Under the pieces are notes generated by a model. That model was not told the origin of the DNA. It searched no databases and saw only the letters and a list, made by a program, of their open reading frames with translations. Of a DNA stretch of 64,000 nt, positions 9,645 through 19,405 are shown piece by piece. Within the stretch, counting starts at the first letter, position 1; the number at the start of each line of letters is the position of its first letter. Source of the DNA: a virus (lineage: Duplodnaviria; Caudoviricetes); IMG/VR virus record IMGVR_UViG_3300027333_000001; one strand, 5' to 3'. Position numbers and translations under genes: made by a program.

Positions 9645-12452
9645 TTAGAACTCAAAACCACCAAATAAAACATCTTTTAATCCATCAGGTGTTTTACTTG
9701 TATCTGTTTCAATTTCTATTTCTTCGTTTGTTGTTAGGTTGAACTCATCCTCATCATAATTGTTTACAAATAATGATGCTGTCTTTTCACTATCACTCGC
9801 ATTAGCTAATCTAATACTTTCTTTCTGATACTTCTTAGGATTGTCTATTCCCATTTGAGATAAACTTGCAATCACAGGTTTATTGTATTTTTGACAAGTA
9901 CCTTCTGCATTCTTAAATACACAAGTTGCACACTTATCCATTTGCAATACAGCAGGTATCATATTTGATCTATGTTGTAATGCACCTTGTTCGCAACCTA
10001 CTTTTTCATAAGCACCTGCATCTACATAGACTTGACCAGATAAACCTTCATGTGCAGTTCTAATAGCTTTAATAGAATCTGCATAGTGATTTAATACTTC
10101 ACTAGCAAATCTTGCTTTAAGCATAATATCCAAATCATTACCGACTGCACCTTCAGCCATCTTTTGTCTTAACCATGTTTCTACTGTATCTTTACTTGCT
10201 AACTTAACACTAGCTTTTTTAGTTTCGATATGCTGTGTATATTGTGTATCTGTATATTCTTTCTTTTGACTTGCACTTAAATGAGTTAAAACTTTTGCTA
10301 ATTTCTTTTGTGGATTTGAAATGCCACCTACTAGATGTTCTAATTCAGATCTGTCTAATAAACCACCTGTAACAATAGAATTTAAAGTAGCCTCAATTTT
10401 ACGATTGACTGCCATCACTTCTTTTTCTTTTTGAAGTAAAGGCATTTCACTTGCTTTCTTTAATCTTAATTCCAATTCCTGTTGAATAGCTTTAAAGTTA
10501 TTATTCGCTTGCTTTAATTTTGATTGTTCCGACCACTGCTGATTGTCATATTCTTTATCAGAAATATTAACACTCGCATCTTTCATAGCTTGGATGTTTT
10601 GCTTTAATCTTGCAGACAGTTCTTTTTGGAAAGCAACAAAATCATTCTTTGCTTCTTTTAATAAGTTTAACTGTTCGTATCTTGTTTCACTATATTCTTT
10701 ATTTGATACATCGGATTGAGATTGTGTAATGAAGTCCAAAGCACTTGAAACTACTTCTTCAGGATTACTACATCCACAAGCTATTTTTTCCATTTGATTT
10801 AAAGTGATTAAACCTGCTTTGATCATGCGACTAACTTTATCTTTTGCTACTCTTGATCTTACTGCCAAATCTCTTTGTTCTGCATTATCATAATGTCCAA
10901 AGTCATTACTATATGATTTGCCTGCCATTGTCTGTGCATTTAAACCACTACCTAAATAATTTCCTGCTTTTGTCATTACAGGTTTAGATGCTAACTTTTT
11001 CAAGTATTGTGTCTTGGTATGAAAATCACCTTTCATACCAACGATTTGATCTACTTGATTTTTTGTTGTCATTCCCAACTTTACTAGCTGTGATGCTAAT
11101 AAAGTAAATTTGTTTTCTTGTGCTTGTATTTCTCTTTGTGCAGGTGTTGTGTAATGTGGATCTATTTCTTGAATGACTTTATTGTGCATTCCTTTTTTAC
11201 CTACACCACCACCTTCATAATCCTGTGCTTGTTTTTGTCTAAGTAAATATTCATTTAACTTAGCTGTCTTTTGCTCCAAACTACTTAATCTTGAAATCTC
11301 TTGATATTGGGATTCATTTAAGAAGTTACTTTTCTTAAAATTCTCTAATAGACCTGCAAACTTATTATTAAGATTATTCAGTTCTCTATCTCTTGTTGTT
11401 CCTACATCTACTGTTTCAGGTACATACTTTGCAAACTTTTCACTTGCCTGTTCGCTTGAATATTTCTTTGTTAAATCTTCTTGATAGGCATACCATGTTT
11501 GTGGCAGTACTTGTGCAGGTGCTTGAGATAAAAATGCTTGCTTTAATCTAGCTTGGTAATTTGTACCACTGCCTAACTTAATACCAACTGTCTTTAATTT
11601 TGGTGCATAATGTTCAAAGGCTGATTTCCAATTGATATTAGAAACTACCTTACGACCTTGATGGTAATCAAATACACAATCCTTTGATGCTGGAATAATG
11701 TATTTTGCACTTGCACACCTTGCTTTAATTTGTTTATCCCATTTGCCATTAAACAAACCTTTAAATGCCTCTTCTCTTATATATACTTTGCCATGTAAAC
11801 CATGATCACTAGCAATACGATTAGCAACATCATCTGTATATTTATTGCCTATGTCTGTTTTCAAATCTGCAAGAATAACTTTTAAAGGCTCACCATAAGC
11901 AGACCTTCTCATTGCTTTTTCTATTTTTTCTCTGTAATCATCACCGGGCTGTTGTGCTTGTGGTGCATCATATTTATTTACTACTTTGACAAATTCTCTA
12001 TTCTTATTTGGTACTAATCCTAAACCATTGGTGCTTTCATCCCACATCTCACTTAATTCTTTTAATGCACTATCTTCATAAAAGCTATTTTCCATCTGTT
12101 CGTAAACATCTTTCTTATTACGAACACCTTCAAGATTAGCTTGTGTTTCCTGTGCTAACCATGAATGATCTACAATAGGTACATATTGAAAAGAACTTTC
12201 TTTTAAGAAATCACCTAAATGGATGCCACCTTCTTCATCTACATGACTAGGTAAAACACTTGATCTAGGTGTATCATTTGGCAAAATGCCACTAGGTAAA
12301 GAAGATAAACCTTTGGCTTCAGGTAGTCTTGCTTTCTCTAATACTCCACCATTATATTCAGTATCGTATTGAAAACCATCGAGCATATAATTTGAGCCAT
12401 TGGTTAAAGTATAACCACCATTAGGTAGATATGAATTAGATTGCTTTTTCAT
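9645..12452 (-). CDS. Large repeat-containing protein, probable virion/head-associated
   Basis: 935 aa; duplicated domain (RIASDHGLHGKVYIREEAF / RTAHEGLSGQVYVDAGAY), four ~55-aa helical repeats, Cys cluster near the C-terminus. Confidence 0.55.
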   Translation of the reverse strand: MKKQSNSYLPNGGYTLTNGSNYMLDGFQYDTEYNGGVLEKARLPEAKGLSSLPSGILPNDTPRSSVLPSHVDEEGGIHLGDFLKESSFQYVPIVDHSWLAQETQANLEGVRNKKDVYEQMENSFYEDSALKELSEMWDESTNGLGLVPNKNREFVKVVNKYDAPQAQQPGDDYREKIEKAMRRSAYGEPLKVILADLKTDIGNKYTDDVANRIASDHGLHGKVYIREEAFKGLFNGKWDKQIKARCASAKYIIPASKDCVFDYHQGRKVVSNINWKSAFEHYAPKLKTVGIKLGSGTNYQARLKQAFLSQAPAQVLPQTWYAYQEDLTKKYSSEQASEKFAKYVPETVDVGTTRDRELNNLNNKFAGLLENFKKSNFLNESQYQEISRLSSLEQKTAKLNEYLLRQKQAQDYEGGGVGKKGMHNKVIQEIDPHYTTPAQREIQAQENKFTLLASQLVKLGMTTKNQVDQIVGMKGDFHTKTQYLKKLASKPVMTKAGNYLGSGLNAQTMAGKSYSNDFGHYDNAEQRDLAVRSRVAKDKVSRMIKAGLITLNQMEKIACGCSNPEEVVSSALDFITQSQSDVSNKEYSETRYEQLNLLKEAKNDFVAFQKELSARLKQNIQAMKDASVNISDKEYDNQQWSEQSKLKQANNNFKAIQQELELRLKKASEMPLLQKEKEVMAVNRKIEATLNSIVTGGLLDRSELEHLVGGISNPQKKLAKVLTHLSASQKKEYTDTQYTQHIETKKASVKLASKDTVETWLRQKMAEGAVGNDLDIMLKARFASEVLNHYADSIKAIRTAHEGLSGQVYVDAGAYEKVGCEQGALQHRSNMIPAVLQMDKCATCVFKNAEGTCQKYNKPVIASLSQMGIDNPKKYQKESIRLANASDSEKTASLFVNNYDEDEFNLTTNEEIEIETDTSKTPDGLKDVLFGGFEF

Positions 12453-12454
12453 TT

Positions 12455-13078
12455 TTATTTATTACCTTTCATATATAAATCAGCTATTCTTAAAGCAGAT
12501 GGTCTTTTAGATGTGGCTGTTCTCATCATTGGTGGAATTTGATCTTCTGCAATGTTTTCTGTAATTGCAGGTGGTTCATCTTCTACTTCTTGAGCCCAAC
12601 CTTCAGGATCATCTTTTACTTCTTCTACTTGATCAATCACTTTTTCTGCTTCACGAGATTTCATAGACCAATGTGGTGCTTTAATTTCATCATATAAAGT
12701 ATCTGTTAAAGATGATAATGCCTCTACAATATTCATATATTGTTTTCGCATAGTCTTGATTTCTTGAATATAACCTTTACCACCAAGATTACCATCAGGT
12801 GAAACATCTCTTGATTTAAGTTTGGCAAAAGTAGTGTATGCTGACATAGCATGACCTAAACTAAATAAAGTTGCTCTTAAAACTTTGGCAAGGTCTTTAC
12901 TGCATTTAGGATTAAAGTCATATTCAGATACATTCTTTCTTTCAGATGGTGTAAAACCACCCCATGCCCAACCATCTGTGCTATTACTATTATCTTTAAC
13001 AAAGCGAACTTCACCTGCCTGCTTTTTTAATCTTGCCTGTCTTAACTTAAAGCTATCATTGTTATTTTCCATTTTCAT
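12455..13078 (-). CDS. Hypothetical, probable virion protein
   Basis: 207-aa ORF at the head of the minus-strand cluster; KKQAG and RTAT motifs. Confidence 0.5.
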   Translation of the reverse strand: MKMENNNDSFKLRQARLKKQAGEVRFVKDNSNSTDGWAWGGFTPSERKNVSEYDFNPKCSKDLAKVLRATLFSLGHAMSAYTTFAKLKSRDVSPDGNLGGKGYIQEIKTMRKQYMNIVEALSSLTDTLYDEIKAPHWSMKSREAEKVIDQVEEVKDDPEGWAQEVEDEPPAITENIAEDQIPPMMRTATSKRPSALRIADLYMKGNK

Positions 13079-13141
13079 ATACTCCTGTTGCTATCTATCA
13101 TTATGTTCTTTATTTAATACTTATTAAATTTTTATCTGAAC

Positions 13142-13170
13142 TTGCAATAAATCTCAATCCTAAGTGTTTA
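13142..13170 (+). promoter_or_regulatory. Conserved TTGCAA-N17-TGTTTA motif, copy 2
   Basis: TTGCAAtaaatctcaatcctaagTGTTTA; first 28 nt identical to the copy at 25345-25373. Confidence 0.65.
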
Positions 13171-13210
13171 TGTATATATCAACTAACCAATCTCGAAAGG
13201 ATTGTGATTT

Positions 13211-13744
13211 ATGTACGGAACACTTTCTATTCCTACTTTTGAAAACTTTCTCAATGCAACTCAAAACACTTTTACCAAGTGGTCTGAAAATACCATTGCA
13301 GTGAATGTAAAGAACACCACCTGTGCAATGATCTTTAAATTTGAAAATGGTAATCTTAAATCTACAGGTTTATGGTCTTATCAATCTAAAAAGTTTCTTT
13401 CTACTTTCGATGAAGATAAGAAACTTGCACAAGATCCTACTCTTTCTCTTATGGAAAAAGTTCTTAATGCAATGTCTTTTTGGATTGATAAAGCACAAGT
13501 AGAAAAAAAACCTGAAAGAAAACCATTTAAGAAATTTGAAAAAAAACCTTTAAGTGATGATCAAATTTCTTTCTTTCAAAAAGTTCAAAGTTTATCCAAA
13601 GCAAGTGAAATTGCGAATGATGAATTTACTTTAAAGTTCTCTCAATCCATTATTGACTTGATCAATAAATATGGCAGTAATGCAAAAATCTCTGAAAAAC
13701 AAATTCAAATCTCTTTGACCAAATTCAAAAAATATGGAATCTAA
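13211..13744 (+). CDS. Hypothetical protein (probable early gene)
   Basis: 177-aa ORF with AAGGA RBS, downstream of the motif. Confidence 0.6.
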   Translation: MYGTLSIPTFENFLNATQNTFTKWSENTIAVNVKNTTCAMIFKFENGNLKSTGLWSYQSKKFLSTFDEDKKLAQDPTLSLMEKVLNAMSFWIDKAQVEKKPERKPFKKFEKKPLSDDQISFFQKVQSLSKASEIANDEFTLKFSQSIIDLINKYGSNAKISEKQIQISLTKFKKYGI

Positions 13745-13970
13745 CATGAATGATTTTATTACTCTCTATGGTTTAAATATCCAAAACGATGGTTATCTTG
13801 ACAGTGTTCATCATGAATATACTGCATTTAGATTTTCTAAATCTGATGAAGATACCATCATCACACTTCACTTACCTGTATCTGTTGCAGATAAATTATT
13901 ACACAATGATGATTTTGGCGATGGTTATGAACGATTTAACTTTGTTTTTGATTACATTGTGAGAAGATAA
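13734..13970 (+). CDS. Hypothetical protein
   Basis: 78-aa ORF overlapping the upstream gene. Confidence 0.5.
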   Translation: MESNMNDFITLYGLNIQNDGYLDSVHHEYTAFRFSKSDEDTIITLHLPVSVADKLLHNDDFGDGYERFNFVFDYIVRR

Positions 13971-14168
13971 ATGCAAGATCAAATTACTCAAAATCTTTAT
14001 ACTTGTCTTGACCTGTTTGAACAGGATGTAAAACAAAAAATCCAAACTGTTCTTTCTACCAATGACTTAACACCTGCACAAGTAAACGAACTAAATTCTA
14101 AAGTGCATACATTCCTAAAACAAAATCTTTCCAATATGGAAGAGGACATCCTAAATCTTTTCAAGTAA
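13971..14168 (+). CDS. Hypothetical protein
   Basis: 65-aa ORF abutting the upstream stop. Confidence 0.5.
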   Translation: MQDQITQNLYTCLDLFEQDVKQKIQTVLSTNDLTPAQVNELNSKVHTFLKQNLSNMEEDILNLFK

Positions 14169-14606
14169 AATCATATTGTCTTTTAAATATATTAAACCTT
14201 GATTATGCACACCACCAAAATCCATTGGACAATATACTTTCTTTATTCCAGCATGATGAATTGCTTTTGCACACATTAAACACGGATCACAATTTACTAT
14301 TAAGATTTTTCCCTGTGTAGATTGACCAATCCTACTTGCATTTAAAATTGCATTTAATTCTGCATGATGACAGCCAACATCATTTTGTGTACCACTTGAT
14401 ACTTTATTTAAATCTCTTAAACAAATAGAACCACCACATAAATCACCTGTTGAGCAACCTCGTGGATTACCATTATATCCATCTGCAATAATGCTATTAG
14501 TAGTATCATCTAAAATCATTGCAGATACTTTCCTGCGAATACAAGAACTTGCTTCAGCCAATAAATTACATTGTGCAATTCTGATTTCTAATAAATGTTT
14601 TTTCAT
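14151..14606 (-). CDS. dCMP deaminase
   Basis: HAELNAI and PCLMC Zn-binding motifs; IIADGYNG. Confidence 0.9.
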   Translation of the reverse strand: MKKHLLEIRIAQCNLLAEASSCIRRKVSAMILDDTTNSIIADGYNGNPRGCSTGDLCGGSICLRDLNKVSSGTQNDVGCHHAELNAILNASRIGQSTQGKILIVNCDPCLMCAKAIHHAGIKKVYCPMDFGGVHNQGLIYLKDNMILLEKI

Positions 14607-14642
14607 GTCTTATCCTTATTCTGAATAAGACATAATACAAGA

Positions 14643-15512
14643 TTAGTTGCCTGTATTATCTTTATACATAAGAGATAAAAGTTCACCCATCCAGCCATCA
14701 GGTCTATGTCCTACTAAACCAATATAAAACATAGTACCTTTACTTGGATTAAGATTTACAAAATCACCAATACCATTAGCAAAAGATCTGCTCTTATTAG
14801 CAATCATTGTACAGTACATTTCACCTTCTTTATTTTGAGTGAAACTGTTAATTGTACCTTGATAATAATTGACAAGATACTTTTCACTATTGGTCAAAAC
14901 AGAATCAATGTTCTTAACTGCTTGAGCAACAAAATTTGCACTTTGTTCAATCTTATATTGAGGACTTGGTCTTGAGGATCTGTCTTTAAAATAAATGACT
15001 TCAAATTGTTTATTAGAGGTTTCTTCTTCTAAAACAGGTTTCTTAAATGAGAAACGATAAAGACCAACCTTCTTGCCTGATGGTGCTTTACCATTATAGC
15101 CATTAAAACTTAATTCATGTCCAACAGGTTCACCTTCTGTGTTTACTCGCTTAACAGAAATTACACAATCTGTACCACTAGAAACAATCTTAGTAATGAG
15201 AACTACTTGTAAATGTAATTCACTACACATTTCTTGATTTTGTGGATGATCGCATCTATTTTTATCAATAGAGGCATATTCACCAACAGTCAAATCACCT
15301 GTGGTTCTATCAGAAGGATCTTTAAATAAAAGACCACATTTAGTGAGTTTTTGTGCAAATTCACTAGATGTCATAGGATTATCACCACCTAAAGATGATT
15401 TTAAAATTGCCCATGATGCAAAATCTGCTTCTTTACCTGTGGCAGGTGATGGAATTTGTCTAAATACTTTTTCAAAATCAATACTTTGAGGACTTGCTTT
15501 TTTCTTAGCCAT
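14643..15512 (-). CDS. Hypothetical protein
   Basis: 289-aa ORF with AAAGGA RBS. Confidence 0.6.
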   Translation of the reverse strand: MAKKKASPQSIDFEKVFRQIPSPATGKEADFASWAILKSSLGGDNPMTSSEFAQKLTKCGLLFKDPSDRTTGDLTVGEYASIDKNRCDHPQNQEMCSELHLQVVLITKIVSSGTDCVISVKRVNTEGEPVGHELSFNGYNGKAPSGKKVGLYRFSFKKPVLEEETSNKQFEVIYFKDRSSRPSPQYKIEQSANFVAQAVKNIDSVLTNSEKYLVNYYQGTINSFTQNKEGEMYCTMIANKSRSFANGIGDFVNLNPSKGTMFYIGLVGHRPDGWMGELLSLMYKDNTGN

Positions 15513-15646
15513 TTTGAATATCCTTTGGAATAAAAGAAAAATGTTTTATTAAAGGTACTCTTATTAAATAAGTATTGATCACTTTAAATTTAAGTGAATA
15601 TACACCAACAAAATAGACAGCAGGATTACGATTACGATATTCATAT

Positions 15647-16192
15647 TTAATCCAATTCGATTGACTTGTACATCACATTAGTCATGCAAGTTGCCAAATC
15701 ATTTTTTAATGAATAAGAATTGTTAAAATATAAACATGGCAGGTTTTCATTTCTTACTGCATAAGCAAAACCTTTTTCAGTAAGCACACCTACCTTTTCA
15801 TATTCTAAACCTTTTCCCATCACATCTGATAAATCTGTTATGACTTTCTTATAGAGAACTCTATTCTTAACTTTGGTAATGTAAAACTCACCTGTTAAAT
15901 TATTGAACTCATATCGCAGTCTAGGATTCATCTCAAAATATGGCATCAAGATTTCAATTTCACCTGTTGGAAATTGAATCCCTCGCACATCTTTAAAGAT
16001 TACTTTCTTCATCCCAAAGTTGCCAAATTTCTTATTTAGAAATTTGATCTGATAGCTTACTGCTTCAGACATCTCTAATAAAAGATCATCTAATTCTGTT
16101 CTAGGTTTTTCTTTCAAGACAGGCATATCGGATAACCTTATCCGATTATTCATTGGTGAACAGGTTAAAAGGTTTGATAAGTTCATATACAC
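15647..16192 (-). CDS. Hypothetical protein
   Basis: 181-aa ORF, AAGGA RBS, TATAAG upstream. Confidence 0.6.
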   Translation of the reverse strand: MYMNLSNLLTCSPMNNRIRLSDMPVLKEKPRTELDDLLLEMSEAVSYQIKFLNKKFGNFGMKKVIFKDVRGIQFPTGEIEILMPYFEMNPRLRYEFNNLTGEFYITKVKNRVLYKKVITDLSDVMGKGLEYEKVGVLTEKGFAYAVRNENLPCLYFNNSYSLKNDLATCMTNVMYKSIELD

Positions 16193-16257
16193 TTTCCTTA
16201 TGTATTGACGAATATATAAATATACTTATATGTTTTTTTCAAAGAAAAAACAAGTAT

Positions 16258-16602
16258 TTATCGTATAGATATTACACGATTACTTAAATATTCATCTTCT
16301 ACCTGTGCAATAAAATATCCTAGTTCACTTAATGTAAACAAGTTCTTTTCTTTACAGGTATCACTACCTACTTTTACCTTTACTCGCATACCTATTTCTA
16401 GTTCACCTTGATCTTCAAAGGAACACCAACTCACATCTAGTGTGACCATATAACAAACAGCATTTTTCTTAAATGCTTTGCCTATTGGTGAATAAAAGAC
16501 TTCACCTCTATACATAGGTCTTTTGTTATATTCGTTTTCCCAATTTCCCTGCACCTTAAAACCATTTTCTTTTAAATAGTTTTTTACTTCCGTCACTTTC
16601 AT
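16258..16602 (-). CDS. Hypothetical protein (start revised to MKVTEVK)
   Basis: GAAAGGA RBS directly before ATG at 16602. Confidence 0.55.
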   Translation of the reverse strand: MKVTEVKNYLKENGFKVQGNWENEYNKRPMYRGEVFYSPIGKAFKKNAVCYMVTLDVSWCSFEDQGELEIGMRVKVKVGSDTCKEKNLFTLSELGYFIAQVEDEYLSNRVISIR

Positions 16603-16616
16603 AAGAATCCTTTCAA

Positions 16617-16736
16617 AAAGACAATAAAATCCCTTTAAAGATTTTACAACCTTTATTTTAATTATTCTCATGTTTTTACTTTAAACACCAGCTTAAAGAC
16701 AATAAAATCTCTTTTAAGAATTTCCCAACTCTTAAT
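16617..16736 (-). repeat. Imperfect ~40-bp direct repeat pair, each resembling a sigma70-type promoter
   Basis: AAAGACAATAAAATC at 16617 and 16695; minus strand TTGTAA-N17-TATTGT and TTGGGA-N18-TATTGT. Confidence 0.5.
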
Positions 16737-17017
16737 TAAGGTGTCTTTATATGTTTATGTTAGTTTCTGATCCTATATTTACCTTGCACGAAAAGATACC
16801 ATCAACAAGCATTACTTTCCACAGTTGCAGACCAAGTAAACTCTATTCTCTCTTTCAACACTACACGATATGGAAATTAAGACATTACCATTGCCTTTAA
16901 ACAGAGGATCTTATTACCCTTTTAAAGGTCTTTTGTTTCCCCATTGTCCGAAGACGAGGAAACCATCTCTTTTGCATCGTTTCAGATGCGAACACACACT
17001 AAAACCTCTAAAGATTT

Positions 17018-17069
17018 TACTTATACTAGATGTATAAATAGAATATATAGATGTATTATATGTATTGGA
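17018..17069. repeat. 52-bp perfect direct repeat, copy 1
   Basis: TACTTATACTAGATGTATAAATAGAATATATAGATGTATTATATGTATTGGA, identical at 18068-18119. Confidence 0.95.
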
Positions 17070-18022
17070 AGAGATGTTGGAAGCAATAGGAAACACCTTA
17101 ATGGATCTTACCGTCCTAACCCCATGCTCTATATTATTTCAAAGGTAAGCACGGATGGTGTCCTGACATCTATCTAAGTATCATTTTCACTTCCACCTAA
17201 AAAGGATGAAAAAAAGCTACTTTTGAAGTCTTAAACTATGCCTTACAGAATCACTTTAAAAATAAAGTAATCATAACCTAGCACGAGAATAAAGTAAAGT
17301 TCCTAGATACCTGCGATATCTAAAGGTTTTCCCTTATAAGTATTCTTTCTAATCTTAAGCTACCTTTACACCTAAGACTTTATTTACTTGATCGTAACCA
17401 AGCAGAACCTTATCTACAATTAAACCTGTTTTCAGATTTAAAAGCCTTTACCTTATGGATTACTCTTATATTTAAATCTTTCCCTTTTAGCAAATCTTTT
17501 TTTATCTTTTTTTTATCATTCAAAAAAGCCCTTTAAATTTGCTCTTTTCCTTTAAGGTATATGTTCATATAGGAATGACCTTTAAAATCGTCTATAAAGC
17601 ATATTAGATAGGTTTTAGAACATATAGGATTTATTTGCTAGATCGTTTACTTATCCTGCATATAAAAGATAATGGTTTAAAGATTAAAGCAATAAGACCT
17701 TTCTTATCCAGCTATAAAAGTTTATGGTTTACTTATCCTTATATGTTGATAAATCTTATTCTCTTATTCTGATCTTCTATAAATCTTATTCTCTTTCTTA
17801 TCCTGATCTATAAATCTTATCTTTACCTTATATGCTGATAAATCTTATTCTTATTCTCTATATATCCTTATTCTCTTTCTTATTCTTATTCTTATATACT
17901 GATAAATCTTATTCTCTATAAATCTGATCTTTCTTATTCTCTATAAATCTTATCTTTCTTATTCTTTATTCTTATATGCTGATAAATCTTACTGCCTACT
18001 TTATATTATATATTCTTTCTTT

Positions 18023-18043
18023 ATGTTTTGCGAAGCAAAACAT
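18023..18043. other. Hairpin with GCGAAGC core
   Basis: ATGTTTTGC-GAA-GCAAAACAT: 9-bp perfect stem with a GAA loop, between the iteron arms. Confidence 0.8.
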
Positions 18044-18067
18044 CTTCTAACCTAAATCTGTTCTCTG

Positions 18068-18119
18068 TACTTATACTAGATGTATAAATAGAATATATAG
18101 ATGTATTATATGTATTGGA
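18068..18119. repeat. 52-bp perfect direct repeat, copy 2
   Basis: Identical to 17018-17069, 1050 bp downstream; followed by the 16-bp palindrome ATAAGATATATCTTAT (18121-18136). Confidence 0.95.
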
Positions 18120-18699
18120 TATAAGATATATCTTATCTAAAGATAATCTATTATAGATAAGACAGAATAAGAAAAGAAAATCAGAATAGAGATTAGGATC
18201 AGCAGAATAAGATTTATAGAATATATGACAGATCAGAATAAGAAAGAATAAGAGATTAAGATTAAGATTAAGATTTATAGAATAAGATTAAGAATAGAGA
18301 ATAAGAATAGAGAATAAGAATAGAGAATAGAGAATAAGAATAAGATTTATAGATCAGATAAGAAAGAATAGAGAATAAGAGATAAGAATAAGATTTATAG
18401 AGATAAGAGAATAAGACAGATAAGGATAAGAGAATAAGAAAGATCAGAATAAGATTTATAGATTAGGAAATCTTTATAGGATATCAGAATAAGATAGAGA
18501 ATAAGAATAAGAGATTTATAGAGAATAAGAGAATGAGATTTATAGCTAAGAATAAGATAAAGAAGATATGTTTCAAAATAGGTATGTTTTATAGTGTTTT
18601 TTAAAGAGATTACAGGTAAGGATGAGTAAAGACATAGGTTAACCTTTAAAGTGCTTTTAAAGTGCTTTAAAATTGATATTAGAGAATGAGATAGATTTA

Positions 18700-18728
18700 T
18701 TGTTTATTGTAAATCCAAATCTTATAAG
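18700..18728 (+). promoter_or_regulatory. sigma70-like promoter for the clamp-loader genes
   Basis: TTGTTT-N17-TATAAG. Confidence 0.45.
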
Positions 18729-18772
18729 TAGAGATAAGATTTATCAGCCATATAGAAAAAGGATAAACAAAG

Positions 18773-19405
18773 ATGATTATTGTCCATCACGGATTAGGTG
18801 TTTCTAAAGGAATAGAAACCTTTATAGAAGAAAACCAACTTAAACAGGTGAAACCATCTTATGAGAAACTTAATGCAGAAGAAGTAAAGAATTTAGTAGC
18901 AGATTTAAAGATCATCTATCCAGATAAAAATCCTTGTTTAATTGCCGGTCCTTTAGATGAAGCTGATCCATCTAATTTAGATACTCTCTTAAAGATCGTA
19001 GAAGAACCTTTACCTAATACTCCTACTCTTATCCTATGGGCTTATGATTTCGGATCAGTGCCTGCCACTATCAGATCACGATGTGGTGAAAGATATTGGT
19101 TTGCAGTAGAACAAGACCATTCTCTTTTAGATAAAGCTAATGACTTTTTAAATGCCATCTTGATTGATAGGAATTACAGCCAAATTATCTCTTCTCTTAA
19201 AGATATACCTAAAGGTTCTGAAAGATCTTTTATTGATGCCTGTTGTGAATCCATTCTTAAAAATGAATCCTTGCAATATTATCAAGATCGTTTTGTTATC
19301 TATCCTGTCTTTAAACGACACCTAATGAATAAAAGAATATCCAAATTGAGTTTGTATTCTTTAGCTGGTGAACTAATTTCAATAGACCCTTCTAATTTCG
19401 CTTAG
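18773..19405 (+). CDS. holB: DNA polymerase III delta-prime-like clamp-loader subunit
   Basis: DEADPSNLDTLLKIVEEP and SVPATIRSRC (SRC) motifs. Confidence 0.8.
   Translation: MIIVHHGLGVSKGIETFIEENQLKQVKPSYEKLNAEEVKNLVADLKIIYPDKNPCLIAGPLDEADPSNLDTLLKIVEEPLPNTPTLILWAYDFGSVPATIRSRCGERYWFAVEQDHSLLDKANDFLNAILIDRNYSQIISSLKDIPKGSERSFIDACCESILKNESLQYYQDRFVIYPVFKRHLMNKRISKLSLYSLAGELISIDPSNFA

Larger units (their letters stand above)
17749..18545. other. Putative replication origin: inverted arrays of 10-bp iteron-like repeats
   Basis: About 7 ATAAATCTTA units in a pyrimidine-rich left arm (17749-17991) and 5 exact plus 2 variant TAAGATTTAT (reverse complement) units in a purine-rich right arm (18208-18545); non-coding; next to clamp-loader genes. 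Confidence 0.6.

Noticed and set aside
16914-17177. ORFs 16914..17096(-) and 16944..17177(+)
   Set aside because: Overlapping short frames across the 52-bp repeat, with no motif; more consistent with non-coding origin-region DNA, though small genes cannot be excluded.
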